From: Flectonema sp. DT1601
Taxonomy: Eukaryota
Direction: 5' to 3'
Length of the DNA: 64,000 nt
Assembly: GCA_964019425.1 (NCBI GenBank)
Contig: OZ025801.1
Span: 186,001 to 250,000 of the forward strand
Below, piece after piece: positions 10,376-24,600 of this stretch (the first letter of the stretch is position 1; each line of letters begins with the position of its first letter). A program made the position numbers and the translations under genes. The notes under the pieces were generated by a model. The model had not been told where the DNA came from. It did no database searches and saw nothing but the letters and a program-made list of their open reading frames with translations.

Positions 10376-11694
10376 TGGGGAGGAAGCAGTATGATGTGGT
10401 TGTTGTGAGAGAACAACACAATTAGAGAAACAAAAAAAATGGAAAAAAAAAAAAAACAAAGAAAAAAAAAAAAAAAAGGGAAAGATAAATGTTGGTACAG
10501 AAATAAAATGCTTTGCCGGCCTTCTTTTTTTTAACTCGTGCGAGGGGGAGCACCTCTTTATTTTAAAAAAAAAAATGGAAAAAAAACAAAAAAAACAAAA
10601 AAGATATAGATACAAAATGATCAGCAAGCGAATAAAAATAACTCTACTCCTTTTGAGCGAGTCCCCTTAAAAAAAAAAAAGAATAACAAAAAAAAAAAAA
10701 AACCCAACCCTCCCTTAATCACCAACAGCGGGCAGCTTTTTCTCCTTCCTTTTGTTCACTCCTATTTCTTTTTTGATTGTTCTTTTAATTTCACTCTATG
10801 ATTTAAGAAAAAGAAAATAATAATAATGCGTGTCTTAATCTCCCGCAACCTTTTTCAAAAAAGGGTGATTCAAGTCTACCTTTGTGTGTGTGTAGAACTA
10901 GCACTTTTATTTTTTTCTCGAAAAAAAAAAAAAAAAAAAAACAAAACGGAGAGTGCAGAGTCTGGTATATCCGAATTCTCTAATGCACTCCCCAGACAAT
11001 AATGTTTTTCTTCTCTTTTCTGATCAGTCAGTAGTACGGTGATGAAGCCCCACCTGCTTATATTATAATACAGTAAAATGTTTCTTTTTTTAAGGGAAGA
11101 AGAGGAAAACAAAAAAAAAAAACAAATAAATAAATAAATAGTATCGCCTTTTACTTGATTCCCTCTCCATCAGTACTTCTTAAAAGCGGGTTAGGGGTTC
11201 CTCGCCCTGGAAGGAATTAGAAGATACAGAGACGCTTTACACGTCGAGGTCGAGGAGCGACCACGAAGTCTCACGTTCTAGTAAGTATGAAGGGAAAAGA
11301 AAAAGAAAAAAAAAAAGAAAGCCGTGAACGAAGGTTTACTGGAAAAAAAAAAATAAACACAAAAAAAAACAAAAAAAAAAAAATAAACATAGGAATACAT
11401 CTGTGTACGTGGCAAGGAAAAATAAAAAATTATTAAAACAAAAATAAAAGGAGGGAAAAGGCTGACCGAGAGGAGAGGTAAATAAGAATAAAGAATTAAG
11501 AAGAAAAAAAAAAAAAAAAAAGAAAAAAAAAAACTTCGAAAGAATTATCTATCATGAGAGTGAGTGAAAGAATGATTTTGTTTCTCTTTTTTTTTTTTTT
11601 TTTTTAAAAAAGAAATTATTTTTTTCTCATCCTTAATATGTTCTCTCCTTTTTTTATTTTTATAACTCCTTCAAAATTCTCTGTTTTCATTTTT

Positions 11695-11729
<35 letters not shown>

Positions 11730-11913
11730 CATTCTTTCTTTTTCCCCTTCCCCTTTCTTCATGGGATGTTCTCGCTAACTCACCAAACTATTAAAAAAAG
11801 AAGAAAAAAAAAAAACGAATTTATTTATTTATTTTTTTTTCCCGTTCCCAAAAAATTCCTCTTTAAAATCGTAGCAACCTGCGTTTTCTAGATAAAGGGG
11901 GGGAAAAACAAAA

Positions 11914-11948
<35 letters not shown>

Positions 11949-12619
11949 AAGGGAACGGTAAAACTTATGAATCGAATCAAGCATTGTTACTTACTCAGAT
12001 ATTATGTATCCCATGTGTAATATTGTGTGGGGTCTTTTCTTGAGCGAAAGTAAAATGAAGTTTCGAACATGAAAAGGAATGGTGAGTGGGAGGGATGTCT
12101 TGATTTTCTTTTTTCCCCCGTCAAATTTGAGATTTTTAATTTTTTTGCTCCTCAGCTGCTTTTTTTTTTCTTTTTTGTGTTATTCTCGCCCGAATTCCCT
12201 TTTCCCGACTTTCCTCCACCACCTGTTTGATTTCCCGTTACCTACCAAGTTTTGCACTTTTACTTTTTTATTATTTTCCATTTTTTTTTTCCTTCTTTTT
12301 AAATTTTATTTTTACCTTTTTTATATTTTTCTATGTTTCAAAAAAAAAAAAAAAAAATAAATAAACACAAATGTCAAATCTATTATGTATTTCATATCAG
12401 GTGTGATGCATTCATGTGAGAGAGGGTGAGGAAGGAAGAGACCATGAGAAGCAAAAAAAAAAAAAAAAAAAAAACCACTTTTAAACGAGTAATGTCGTAC
12501 ATCTCATTATGTTATTATTATTTCTGGACAGGATCAGGTCCCTCCCTCCCTTATCTCCAATCCCCGTCATCAAAAAAAAAAAAAAAGGGAACGAACAAAA
12601 AAAAAAAATATAAAATACA

Positions 12620-15600
12620 ATGCTCGAGCAATATGCAACTAACTGGTTAACAAAATACTTAAGAAAGTATGTTAGAATGGGAGAACAACAACAGTTGCAA
12701 CTGAGTCTGTGGAGTGGTGAGCTCAACCTCAGCTGTTTAGAACTGAATCCTGATGCTATCATTCCAAGTGGATCCCCGATAGTCTGCGAGAGAGGGTTCG
12801 TTAAAACATTAAAAGTTCGCATTCCTTGGACCAGATTACAGAGTGAACCTGTTTCGATAACCCTTGAGGGAGTCTCCATCTTGCTACGACCAAAAAAAGG
12901 TTCGAAATGGGACAAAGAAACTCACGAAAGAGAAGCAAAAGAAGCAAAAAATGCGGCTTTGGAATTATTTGAAAAAGGAAGACTATCTAAAACTGAAGAC
13001 AATGATGAAAAACAAGATGAGAAAACTGGATTCTTCTCAAGAATACAAGACATCGTCTCGAGTAACATCCAAGTAAAGGTCAACAATGTTCACATCAAAT
13101 ACGAGGACTGCGATATTCATCCTCACAATCCGATTTCATTGGGCATTAGTTTCTCATCTTTATCATGTGTGTCGACTGATCAAAACTGGACACCTGGGTT
13201 CATAACACATCAACAAACATTATTATATAAATTACTGTCTTTGGAGGGACTGAAAGTTAGTTTATCTCCAATTCAAAAAAGTGAAATGTTAGTTGACAAA
13301 TATTCATCAGGAAAAGCTCTTTCGGATGAGCAAAAGAATGATTTTTTTTCAGAAATAAAATCGTTAATCAGCTCAACGGAATATCAGATTTTGGAACCTT
13401 TTGGGTTGTTTTTGAGATTAAGAGTTCAAAAAGGAGGTGTGCTTAATTATAGTGTTCCGAGAGTCACTTCGAGTGTAAAAATAAATCCTGTGAGGCTTCG
13501 TCTTACTCGACGACAATACATAGTCTTATTAAACACGATTGACTATTGTAATAAGTTTACCGAAATCGATGAATTTCGAAGATTTCGACCAACCACGAGA
13601 GTTCACAACCACGCCAAAGACTGGTGGCATTTCTCATACAAAAGTGTGACCCACCTCATCCGTGAACGTCGAAATCGAAGACGATACATTCCTGAAGAAA
13701 CAAAACAATTCCGACTTCTCGGGGAAGAGTACAGCTCTCTCTGGAAAAGAGAACAAAGAGTTCCTTGGCTACCATCATTAACACCGCTGGAGACAATCAG
13801 ACTAAAGCAGCTTCATGAGGAACTTAAATTACATCACCTTACTTGGTGGAGGGAAGTTGCTTATGCAGAGTTACAAGTCGATTCTCTTCAATACGAAGTT
13901 CAGTTAAAGAATAAAGAACTGCCGATTACATCTAATTCAGGAACAGCAGCTAAACAAAATACTTCTTGGGCTGGTGTCTTTAATCCGATGGGGTATCTTC
14001 CTTCTTGGAGAGGTCGGGTTGAGTCTCCTCCTGTTGATGCTGTAACAGAGTTGCGAGAGTCTACCTGGTCAGAAACCGAAAGAAAGAAATTATCTGCAAT
14101 CGGACTACTTGAATCAACGTCTCAAGGTTGGAACCAATCAGGCATACAACCTCCTGAAGGTTATATTGATCATAATTTCACGTGTGTCGTAGAACTCGCT
14201 CAGGTTCAATTATTATCCCCAAGTTCGATTCTCGGTGAGCTTCAAATTTTTGATACTCAATTTCGCAACGGTGCGCATGACAGCTACAAGCTATCTATTG
14301 GTAATTTAGACATAACTAGCAATGGTGATTGTCTTGTTACGAAAATAATATCTGACAGGGAAGAGCCTTTGCTTGCTACATCAGTTTCCAACACGTCTGT
14401 TAGCGTGGCGTTGACCCCTCTCGATATTGTTCTTGATCGGAATTTTGTATCGAAAGTTGTGGAATTTTTTAAACCGCCTCCTCAAATTGATTTAATGGTT
14501 CAATCGACATTAAGAGAGTTGGCAACAGATCAGTTTCGTGAACTTATTCAAAGCAGATCAAATACTGGATTTAAACTTACAGCTGACGTCAGTACTGTAA
14601 GAATACCATTCCTTGCTAAGAGTACTGATAGAAACTTACCACAGACTTTTGATATTGTGAAGTCTGGAGGGAGTGCAGTTAAATATCAAATACCGGCATC
14701 TAGTGGTTCGATGATCTTTTCTTTAGAGTCGGTTGTGATATCTTCTGTGATGTCATCTGATGGTGTCTCGAGTTCAGATTACTCTGTGAGTTGTAATACT
14801 ATATCTGTTTCAACTATCTCAGGATTAGGAAGTCAACCCCAGCCGATGATATTTCCTTTTGATGTTCGGATGACTGTTTCTCGACAGCTTCTCAGTTCAG
14901 AACTTTCAGCTTTGGCGGACATTTCTCGGATTAATATTAAATTTTCAAGACAAAATTTACTCATGCTTTTATACATATCAGATCTACTAACCAAACTAGT
15001 TAATTCCCTCTCACCAGAGATACCTGAAAGTTTAACCGTCGACAGTCGTCAATGTGTCCAATCTTGTATTGATGGTTTCATGTATGATCAGGCCTTGTTG
15101 TGCACATTTCAACAGTGTGAAAAAGCTGAATACAAACGAGCATACCCTGGAGTACTTCTTGTCTATAAAAATGAAGTATTGTGTTATGGACAATCGGTGG
15201 AGGTTTTTAATATTTATCATCTTCGGGCTGTTTATAAGTTGGGTGAGGCTCCTTTTAGAGTCTCACAATCGGGTGGTGATTCTGATGTTGTTGTGGAATT
15301 AGAGTTGCCTCAGGCATTCGGACCTACAAAGAAGCTTATTTTATCTAATTTCGTTGATGAGAAATCATCAGTCAAAGCATTGCATTGTTCTCTTTCTGGT
15401 ATTCAACAACGGGCTGTTACTGGAAGGAAATCGAGAGATGCTTCTCAGTCTCCAAAAATGATTTTAAATTTTGTTTTGGGAGAACTTGCTGTTGACCTTC
15501 ACGGAGAGGACTCTGATACTCGCAGTTGTGGATTCGCTCGACTTCAATTCGATGAATTTAAAACAAAAATAATACGCCGATCTCACGATATGTCTGTCGA

Positions 15601-18600
15601 TCTCAGTTTAACATCATTATGTTGTTCTGGGTCCAGTTCGATTCCGAGTGAAGATGGAATTTTTGCATCAGCTCCTCGACAAGATTCAGATTTACCACTA
15701 GTAACAATGTCATACCTGACATGTGCAGAACAATCATCGTATTGGAGGAAGGATGGACCTGATATGAGATTGAAGCTTGCGGCTCAGACTCTACATCTCA
15801 CTTTAACACCAGCGTTTGTTGCTGTCAGTGAATTGCTTTATGATTGTCTTGGAGTTAATAAGGTCGCTTGTTCAACTGCCGTCCCTGTGCACTATGCTGC
15901 TCCGTACTTGTTTCAACCAACAAGGGGAGATGAATCTAAAGACCCAACTCGTATTGACAGTCAAATTGAAAGTAAAATGTGCTGTTTAAAAATATCATGT
16001 CTGGATGAAGTGGAGGAGGGATCTTTTAAAGAATTCTTAAACTTATCGATGACTGATGCGGTTTTTGTTGTTAAACTCAGCGAATCTTGCACAAGAGTAG
16101 AAGGGAAACTTGGTAACCTTCAGGCTGATGAATGTGATTTTGCAACCGGGAAAATTACATCTTTATGTAGCCTTGCTGATGATTGTCTTGAGGATAATTT
16201 AACTGAATTCTTATATACTTCACCAAATAATGTTGTCTGCAATGGGGATACTAATGCTGTCGTTTCTGGGACTGTGACTGCAGTGTTGAGACAGGTGAGA
16301 TCAACCTTCCATTATTCGATTCTCCAACATGTTATCATTTGGGGGACTACAGGATCAATAGTAAGTGGTCTACAAGCTGTTCCTTCACGACTTGTTACGA
16401 CTACTACTACTCTCCCAGATGATTTCACTGAAGAACCTTCATTTCACAGCATTGGTGGTGATCAGACTACGGGAGGATCATTTAATTCAATTACAGCATC
16501 AGTTGATGATGTTATGAAACCTAAAAAGATTTCAATTATTGAAATGACACTTCAACTTGTTAATCCATTAGTCAGCCTACCTGCTATGAAGACTGTTGAA
16601 AGAGGAGAACAGTTAGTGGCTGACTTGGGGACAGTTACCGTAAAAACAAGACTTGAAAGAACACCTCTCGGAACTCCGATAACTCAAATGCAAATGATGC
16701 TTAAAAAAGTCTCTCTGAGGACTACAGAAGGACATATCGCAAATGAATTATCATTCGGTCTTACAACTACTCAATCACTAACAACACCAATACAGACTGA
16801 CGCAGTCTCTACGATGGACTTCTCTGTTGGAAGGGTTCATATGTCACTTTCAGATTCACAGTGGGGATTACTTATGGAAGTTGTTGCTCATAATTTAATG
16901 AATACTTACAAACCTTTATTCTCACTTCCTGAAGTAAATCCTCCTCCAGGACTACGAGCGCCAGTAATGTCAATTCGAAATTTCAACGCATCTGAACTAA
17001 TCCTCGAACTACAACAGAGTGTGACGTTAAAGTTTACGGAGGTAAACTTACTCATGACAGAAGGAGATGATTCTTCAGGAAGTACAAGAGGAACTTTACA
17101 AAGGTTTTGTATGGAGACTTTGGGATGTAAGAGACCGCTGGTAGATTTTTTGGTTTCAAATTCGTCTGAAGCAGCCGTCACTGCGGACATCATCAGTCGA
17201 AAAAACTCGCCAACTGAAATAAACATCTGTCTTGCTAGTCCTGTTGTGTACCTCGATCCTGATCTCTTACTACTTGCTCAGGATACACTGGCATGTGAGG
17301 AAGCTGTTTCCGCAATGAATCACATCCTTCAAAAATCGGCGGATAATCCTTCCAGTTCGATTCCGTCTCAGGAACCAAATTCTGGAGAAATTTCTGCAAT
17401 ATTTAACGCAGAGATGGAGAGTTTGACGATTTTTGGTTTGAAAGCTGAGGAAGACAACAAACCATTTTTTAAAGCAACTGCATCAGCCACAAAGATCCGA
17501 TGTTCGATGGGTGGAGAAGACCGCGACATGGAAGTGTTGATGGACTTGGGTGACGCACACTTGTACAGCGTCATTGGCAATACCGAAGAAGACGTTTTTG
17601 GTCTTCCTGCATCAGATCACGGAAGAGATTCCCTTCTTAAGATTGCTTTTGTTAAAAATGAAATAACAGCTCTTGATGAACCACCTATTACTACTGCTCA
17701 AATAACTCTTCAAGGTCTTAGAGTGGTTGTTGTTAGTTCTTTTTGGAAGCAATTCCTACTATGGACTGATCCAACAGAAGGACCTCTATCAAAGATATCT
17801 ACTATTGGGATGTTAAAGTCAGAAAGGTTCAGACCTTTAGTGACAAAACTAAATCAGAAAACCAACGTAATCATTAACTGGCATGGACCTCACGCAGTCA
17901 TACCTCAATTAGGTAACCGTGATAAAAGTTTAATAGCGACCTTAGGACACTTGCAACTGACACACAGCGATTGTGGAAGTGATGTTTTATTAAAGAACGT
18001 CAGAGTACATCACAAAGGTATCGCAGTTGATTTACCCAACACAACTGATATCGACATCGTTAGGGATTTCGATGTGGAGATGCATCTTTCGCCAAATAAT
18101 AATATCACAACAAATATTGGAACTATTACAGTTCATCTGAGTAATGCTCAAGTTCGTTTTGTGAATTATTTAATTAGAGAACAGATTGATGCAATGCAAT
18201 CAGTACTGTCGACATCACTTACAGAAGTATCAAAGCCTGTTGGTGTTGATGTGGATTCATCGACGTCAGTCTCTGTTGATGTTCATTTCAGTGGACTTCG
18301 ACTGCTTATCGATGACACTACCGGAGGTATTCATAGCCCATTAACACAACTTCAGATGAGTACTGTTGTTGCTAGTTATGTATCTAATCCTAATTCTGAA
18401 TCACTTTGTAAAATATCATTATTAAGTATCTGTGTTAAAGATCGAAGTGGAGTAGTGACTGGAGCTGATTCTACAGTCGTCAGAACCAATCCAATACAGC
18501 ACGATGACCATACAGAATCACTCCCTTGTCTTGTAATCGAGTCATCGACTGACACGACTATAAAATTAAGATCAATTCACTTCACATTATACCCTGAGTA

Positions 18601-21600
18601 TCTCGTTAGTATTGGAAAATTCATTCAGGCTTGTACTGCAGGGATGGAATCAGTTTCCCCACGGAGGGAATTCGACGATAAAAAGAACAATACTCGGAAT
18701 CGAACTGAATTGATTGCAAGCCTAGACCAACTAACAGTTGGAATACATGACGGGTCTAGACTACTAGCGACAATGGAATTAGCAGGAGGACAGATAAATG
18801 TTCGAGGGGGTGAAGATGATGCGTTAAGAATATCAGGATTAATGAGCACAGTAAGAGTTCACGATGAGTCAACAGTTGGAACTCAATTACCGATAGTTGT
18901 TCAACCATCATCTGAAAGGATTGTAAACACCAATAATGAGAGTAACCTTTTTGTGTTTGAAATGTTACTTTACTCAACTCCTGTTTCTGGATACACTCGA
19001 CATGTTGAAGCTTCGATGAATTCGTTGACGTTTACCTACTCTGCGGTGTTCTTAAAAACGATGTCAGAATTCATTTCAAGCAAACAAGTTGAATGTGTTT
19101 TAACATCTTTCACTACAACTGATCCTATCCCAGAAGAAGTTAATGTGACTACCCGTAGTAGTAAGTTTCCGTGTCTTGCATCAGTTTTGATTGAGAATCC
19201 TATAATTGTAATCCCAGAGAATCATAAGACAAGAGATGGTGTTATTTTAGATTTAGGACGGATCGCAATATTAACAAGTATGGACTCAGTCACTGAGACT
19301 CTTTCTGTAAACGTATCCAATTTCGGACTATCAACCACCTCCTCATCAGTCCAAGTAGGTAACGTAATAAGTGGTTCATTAATTGAATGTACTCTAGTCG
19401 TGAGTAAGTCACTTGATGAGATGAATGTTCTTAAGGAAGTTCAAAATGATATTTCTATTTCTTGTAAACCACTTCAATTGTTGTTAGATAAAAACCATTG
19501 GATGCAATTATTAAAAGTTGGGAAATCATTAAGCAACACTGAAACACCAAAAACAACAAAACAACCAACACAACTCCCCAGAAGCTCTGTTCTGGTCAAC
19601 GCTAAATTCAATCTCCCACACGTATCTGTTCTGCTTCAGAATTGTGGAGATCCTTTTGTGTTGTTTGCTGTGTCTGGTATTGCTGCTAACCTCGTAGACT
19701 CTCCCTCAATGCGTGAACAGTCAGCTGAGTGTTGTATCGCAGGAGCTGAAGTTAAACAGGTCTGGAGACAGGGTTCATCATACAGAAGTAGAAATCTTCT
19801 CAGTAGATCAGACTCAGCTACCCCACACGATAGTATATTCTCAATGAGTTTAAAAACAGCTGAAAAGATAAGTACGAGTGTTCTTCAAGTAGTGATGAGA
19901 GCAAGGCTTCCTTCGTTTTTATTTATTCCTCCTTTGATAAGAGATTTCGAAGACACGTTACTCGGTCCTTATAACGAAGTTTTTTCAAAGGTCGGTCCGA
20001 TTTCGAAAGTTGAAGAAATAGTGATCGAGGAATCCCTTCTTTTGAACGAGGATTTGTTTTTATCTCCTCACAAAGTGTTGAGGTTGTCAAGTAAAAAAGT
20101 TAATTGCATTGAAATTGACGGAGGATCGACCAGAACAATGCATCTGGTCAGAGAACCTGGTTGTACCCGACATTGCATTATAATAGAAGATGGGCTCACT
20201 GTTAGATTAAAAAACATAACAATTCGATCATATTGTTCAGTTTATGGAAGAGGTCTTCTTGAAGATCATTGCACCATTGGTGACGGCAGCTATTGGTGTG
20301 TTGTTGGGAATACTCAAATCGTTAGTGAAATTAGAGAAGTTGAACGACCAATCCAACCCTCCATCAAGTCGTCTTCCAACGGAAGTTTAAAAAAAATAAT
20401 CGACATCAGATTCGACGTCCTTTCAGGAGGTATAGGAATATCAGGAAACATAAATAAAAACTCTGAAAAACCACAACGATGTATCATGTTGAACTGTACT
20501 CTAAGAGAAGCTCGTTACTATTCAGAGTCTGTCTTATCTGACGCCTCAGATGTAACTTCTGAAGTGACCGTCGATGAACTTAAAGCCGTTCATGTTCTAA
20601 TTCAGCCACCAATGCCGTTACATAACCCGTATGAGTATAATCCTAGTTCGTTAGCCTCTCAGACGACCTCCTCATCTGATACAGCTTTTATTGTTGAGCC
20701 AACCTCTGCAGAAATGTTGTATTCAGATCCTGGAGCGAGAGCAAAGTCTTCAAAGTTACAAATAATAATCCCACATGTTAGAATGAACTTATGTCTCAGC
20801 GACACCAGATTGGTTAGTGAATTCAGTCAAAGCTTATCCGTCTTTAACCGTGTTGAGACTGAACGAGACAAGGGACAGAACCACGCCAATGATAAAAAAA
20901 TAAACATGGGTACTAATATAGGAGAATTTCAACTCAGGGTAATTGACGACAGCAGAGGTAAACCACTTCCTGTCGGTGAAATATTCTTAAAAGGGGTAGC
21001 AGTAAGCAGCCAGTTCGATTCCGACTCAAACGACAATAAGATCGGAGCTCTTGCAAGTCCAAGTGTCAATTTTTATAACAGTGATCTTTGTGAATGGGAA
21101 CCACTTGTTGAATCTTGTGATGTAGAAATAAAAATAAAAAAATCAGAAATTTCAAACGTTGTTGAGATATCAACCACGAGGGTCAACACGAACATCACAC
21201 CTGCTGTTTTTAAATGTGCTCAGCGAACATCGAAATTACTTTCTTTGATGAAGGCAACGCCGTTACCACGACAGGCAGCTTATGAATTGTTAAACGAAAC
21301 AGGAAGAGATTTATGCATCTATACGGGATGTGATGAAACAGTTGGAATGAAAACTATCAAACCTGGTTGTAGTTTATCGTTCGACACTTCGAAGATTAAA
21401 ATAAAAACAGCCGTCGTTATGAATCAGAAATCATTGGAAGACCTCCACGAACCAATTTCTGGAGAAAAAATTCAAAATCCATGGCATGAGATCTCTATCG
21501 CAGCTGTAGGCGTCTTTGATATCGGAAATGGTTTCTTAACCGACATTATAAATAAAGAAAGCTGTCGTCAAATTACATATAGAACACCCGTTGTATTGAA

Positions 21601-24600
21601 AAATGATTTATTCTCAACCGGATTTCACATCACTGGTGTTGGTGCAGTTAAAAGCAATGGCAGCATCTGCATACCTCACGACAGATTAACGAAATCAGAA
21701 GGGTTTTCTCTCAGACCTTTATCGGGTTTTTATAAAGAAGCTACCCTTGGATATTCTTGTGGTAATCTCGGATTTTTACCAAAAAAATGGACCTCATTCA
21801 CTGTGAGATGTCCCGCATCGATAGAATCGGAATCTGATATGTGTTTTCTTTGTACGATATCATCACAACCAGCAATGTCGAATACTGCGAAGTCAACACC
21901 AGTTCATGATGTCGTTGTCCGTCTTCGTCCGATATTTAAAATCGTAAACCAGCTTCCAATTAAAATAGAAGTAACTGCCTCGGTTGATAACAGATTAATA
22001 AGCGGCGAGATTCCATCTTTGGGTGGGGTTTTTGAACTAACGCAGGCTGGACATAATTGGCCAAATTGTAAGATAAAAATGTCGATATCAGCGATGGTTG
22101 GAGGCAGTCGTGTTCAAACAACCAGAGAAGTTCTCGTATACCATCCTAGTGAAGGAGAGAGATCAACATCGTGTCTGATGATTGATAAGGAAAGTGGTTC
22201 TGAATTCTGTCCGCTCCTATCATACTCAAAAAGTAATAAATACGGAGTGGTCATCTATGCCCCAATCTGGGTTAGAAATCAGACAGAGTACGACTTTCAG
22301 ATTTATTGTTTAGATTCAGTTGTTGGTTCTCTTGTTGAAGGAGTTCATAAGAACAATACGCCATGTCCTATTGCTCCAAAACCATCGAGATCAGATCCAC
22401 AGGCTGGGATTAAAAGATTATTCTTAAGACTTGATAAACTTGATGGAGCAGTTGCTCCAATCCCTCTTCAGACGGCATCGATGACTTCTTCCTGTTCTGT
22501 TTCACTAAAACATCCGAAAGTAGATTTATTAGACTGCAATATCGGATGTCATATTGATACGGTGCATTGGGGGTCAGCTGTTAGTGAGTTTCCTTGTTCT
22601 GTAAAGATTGTTAATTTAGTACCTCGGTGGGTATTTCAAAACAAGACGTCAAGTGAGGTGTCTGTTCGTATTGTTTTACCTGCTGGAACTCGACCAGCTT
22701 TTATCGTAAAATCACATGAGAGTCGACAATGTTGTTCAAGTTCTCGTCATAATGATAGTCGAATTGAAGTTCGATTCACTTCAGACAGCAGTACGAGTAA
22801 TAGATTCTCAAGACCATTCTCTGTCAGTAGAGAACACACTCTTGACTTACGTCTGAACTTTGAACCTCGTTGTGGAGAAACTTTCATCCCAACCAGAGGA
22901 ATATTTAAAGGAAACACCGCACCTGATGGATCACCCGAGTACTTCAACGTTATTAGAGTAAGCACTCAAGAGGTTAATGGTTGTATGAATGTTACCTTTA
23001 CTGATTGTGTTGTTCCTCCTTACATTATTGAAAACAGAACCAAGTACCCAATGAAGTTTTGGTTACAAGGTCTACAACCACCGTTTAAGAGAACACTACC
23101 GCCATTATCGACAGTTCCGTACGCACTTGATGATCCTTTTTTACCACCGAAATTAGTAGTTTCGGTATGTAGTCAGGGTGATAGTCTGTTAAAAGAAGTG
23201 GCAGTGAGACTTGATAAACCAGCAGTCGACAGACAGAAAGTAGTATTGGGAAGCGGAGCATCACCGATTTGGATTAAAGTTAGATACTCAAAAGCAGCAT
23301 TGACGAGTGTTCTTGCTATAACTGAAGAGCATTATCTTCCTGGGAAGGGTGGGAGTGGTGGAACTACTCAAAAAGGAAGGACTTCGATAACCAATATCTC
23401 TCTTGCTGGAATCGGATTATCAGTTTCACTACCAATGAGATTACAAGACATCCTTTACATGTCGATAAGTAAGATTATTATAAACATAAAACCAGAAGTA
23501 GAATCTCACATTGCGATCCTCGCAGGAGATATTCAAATTGATGACGTCAGTAGTAATAATCCAACTTACCCTGTCATCCTTCAAAGGAAAGTTGATCGTT
23601 TTGGTGATGACAATTCTGCACCGAGTCCGTTCTTATTAATTGAATTCCTTCAAAATCATCAAACATCAGAAATTATTGTCGCTCGTCTCCTTCGTATGCA
23701 ACTAACCCCAATGAGGATATGTATGACTGATGATACCCTCGCGTTGCTTTTATTGTTTTACATCGACGTTTGTGAAGTTACTAAGTTTTCAGATCCAGAA
23801 AGGTGGAAGGATTTCTCATACATAATACCTTCTGGTGTTGGTGGTGGCGATCCTGGTGAAAAATCATTTTTTAATAAAAAAGCAAGCATTGAAGACTTAA
23901 CCATCCACCCAATAGATATCCTTGGAACCTTAACCAGAACTAGTTCTAATCAGGACATCATTGCGTACGTTACTTCAAGATATTGGTGGTTTAATTATTT
24001 AGTAACAATTGATAACACGACTCTTTCTTGGGATAGTTGTCATTATCCAGATATAAATGAACCTGTTGGAGTTGTAATAAACAGAATACTATCGATGTAC
24101 AAACATAGATTATTCTCATACAGTCATTTAGGGAAGATTGCATCTTCGATGGGGATAATTGGTAATCCAGGAGCTCTTCTAAAGGGAGTGACGAGAGGAG
24201 TTACTGGTCTGATTACACATTCTTATAATGACTTGTCTGTTGGAGGTGCGACAAAGGGTGTTAAATCATTTATTGGAAACATGGGAAGTGGATTAGCTGA
24301 AAGCTTAACATCATTCACTAGAACAGCATCACGAAACGTTGGATCTTTTGGTGTTCTTGACGCTTTCAGTAATGGCATCGATTGGTACGCTGGTCTCTCT
24401 CTGACAGGCTATAACAGATTACGTGAAATGAGGTATTTCAAGCCAGCAGGTATCCTCGTACCGTACACTACTGATTGTCCAAATTCCATTGACGAGACGT
24501 CCATTACCGAATACGACTTTGTGAAGGAAATTCAAGAATGCAAATCACTTATTCAAAAAGGTGTGTCAGGCGCTATTCTAAAACAGCAATGTTCAATGTG

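Noticed and set aside
10216..12619. Poly-Phe/poly-Lys ORFs and a single GGGTTAGGG word near 11188
   Set aside because: The ORFs are artefacts of A/T homopolymer runs in UTR/intergenic DNA, and one telomere-like word is not an array.
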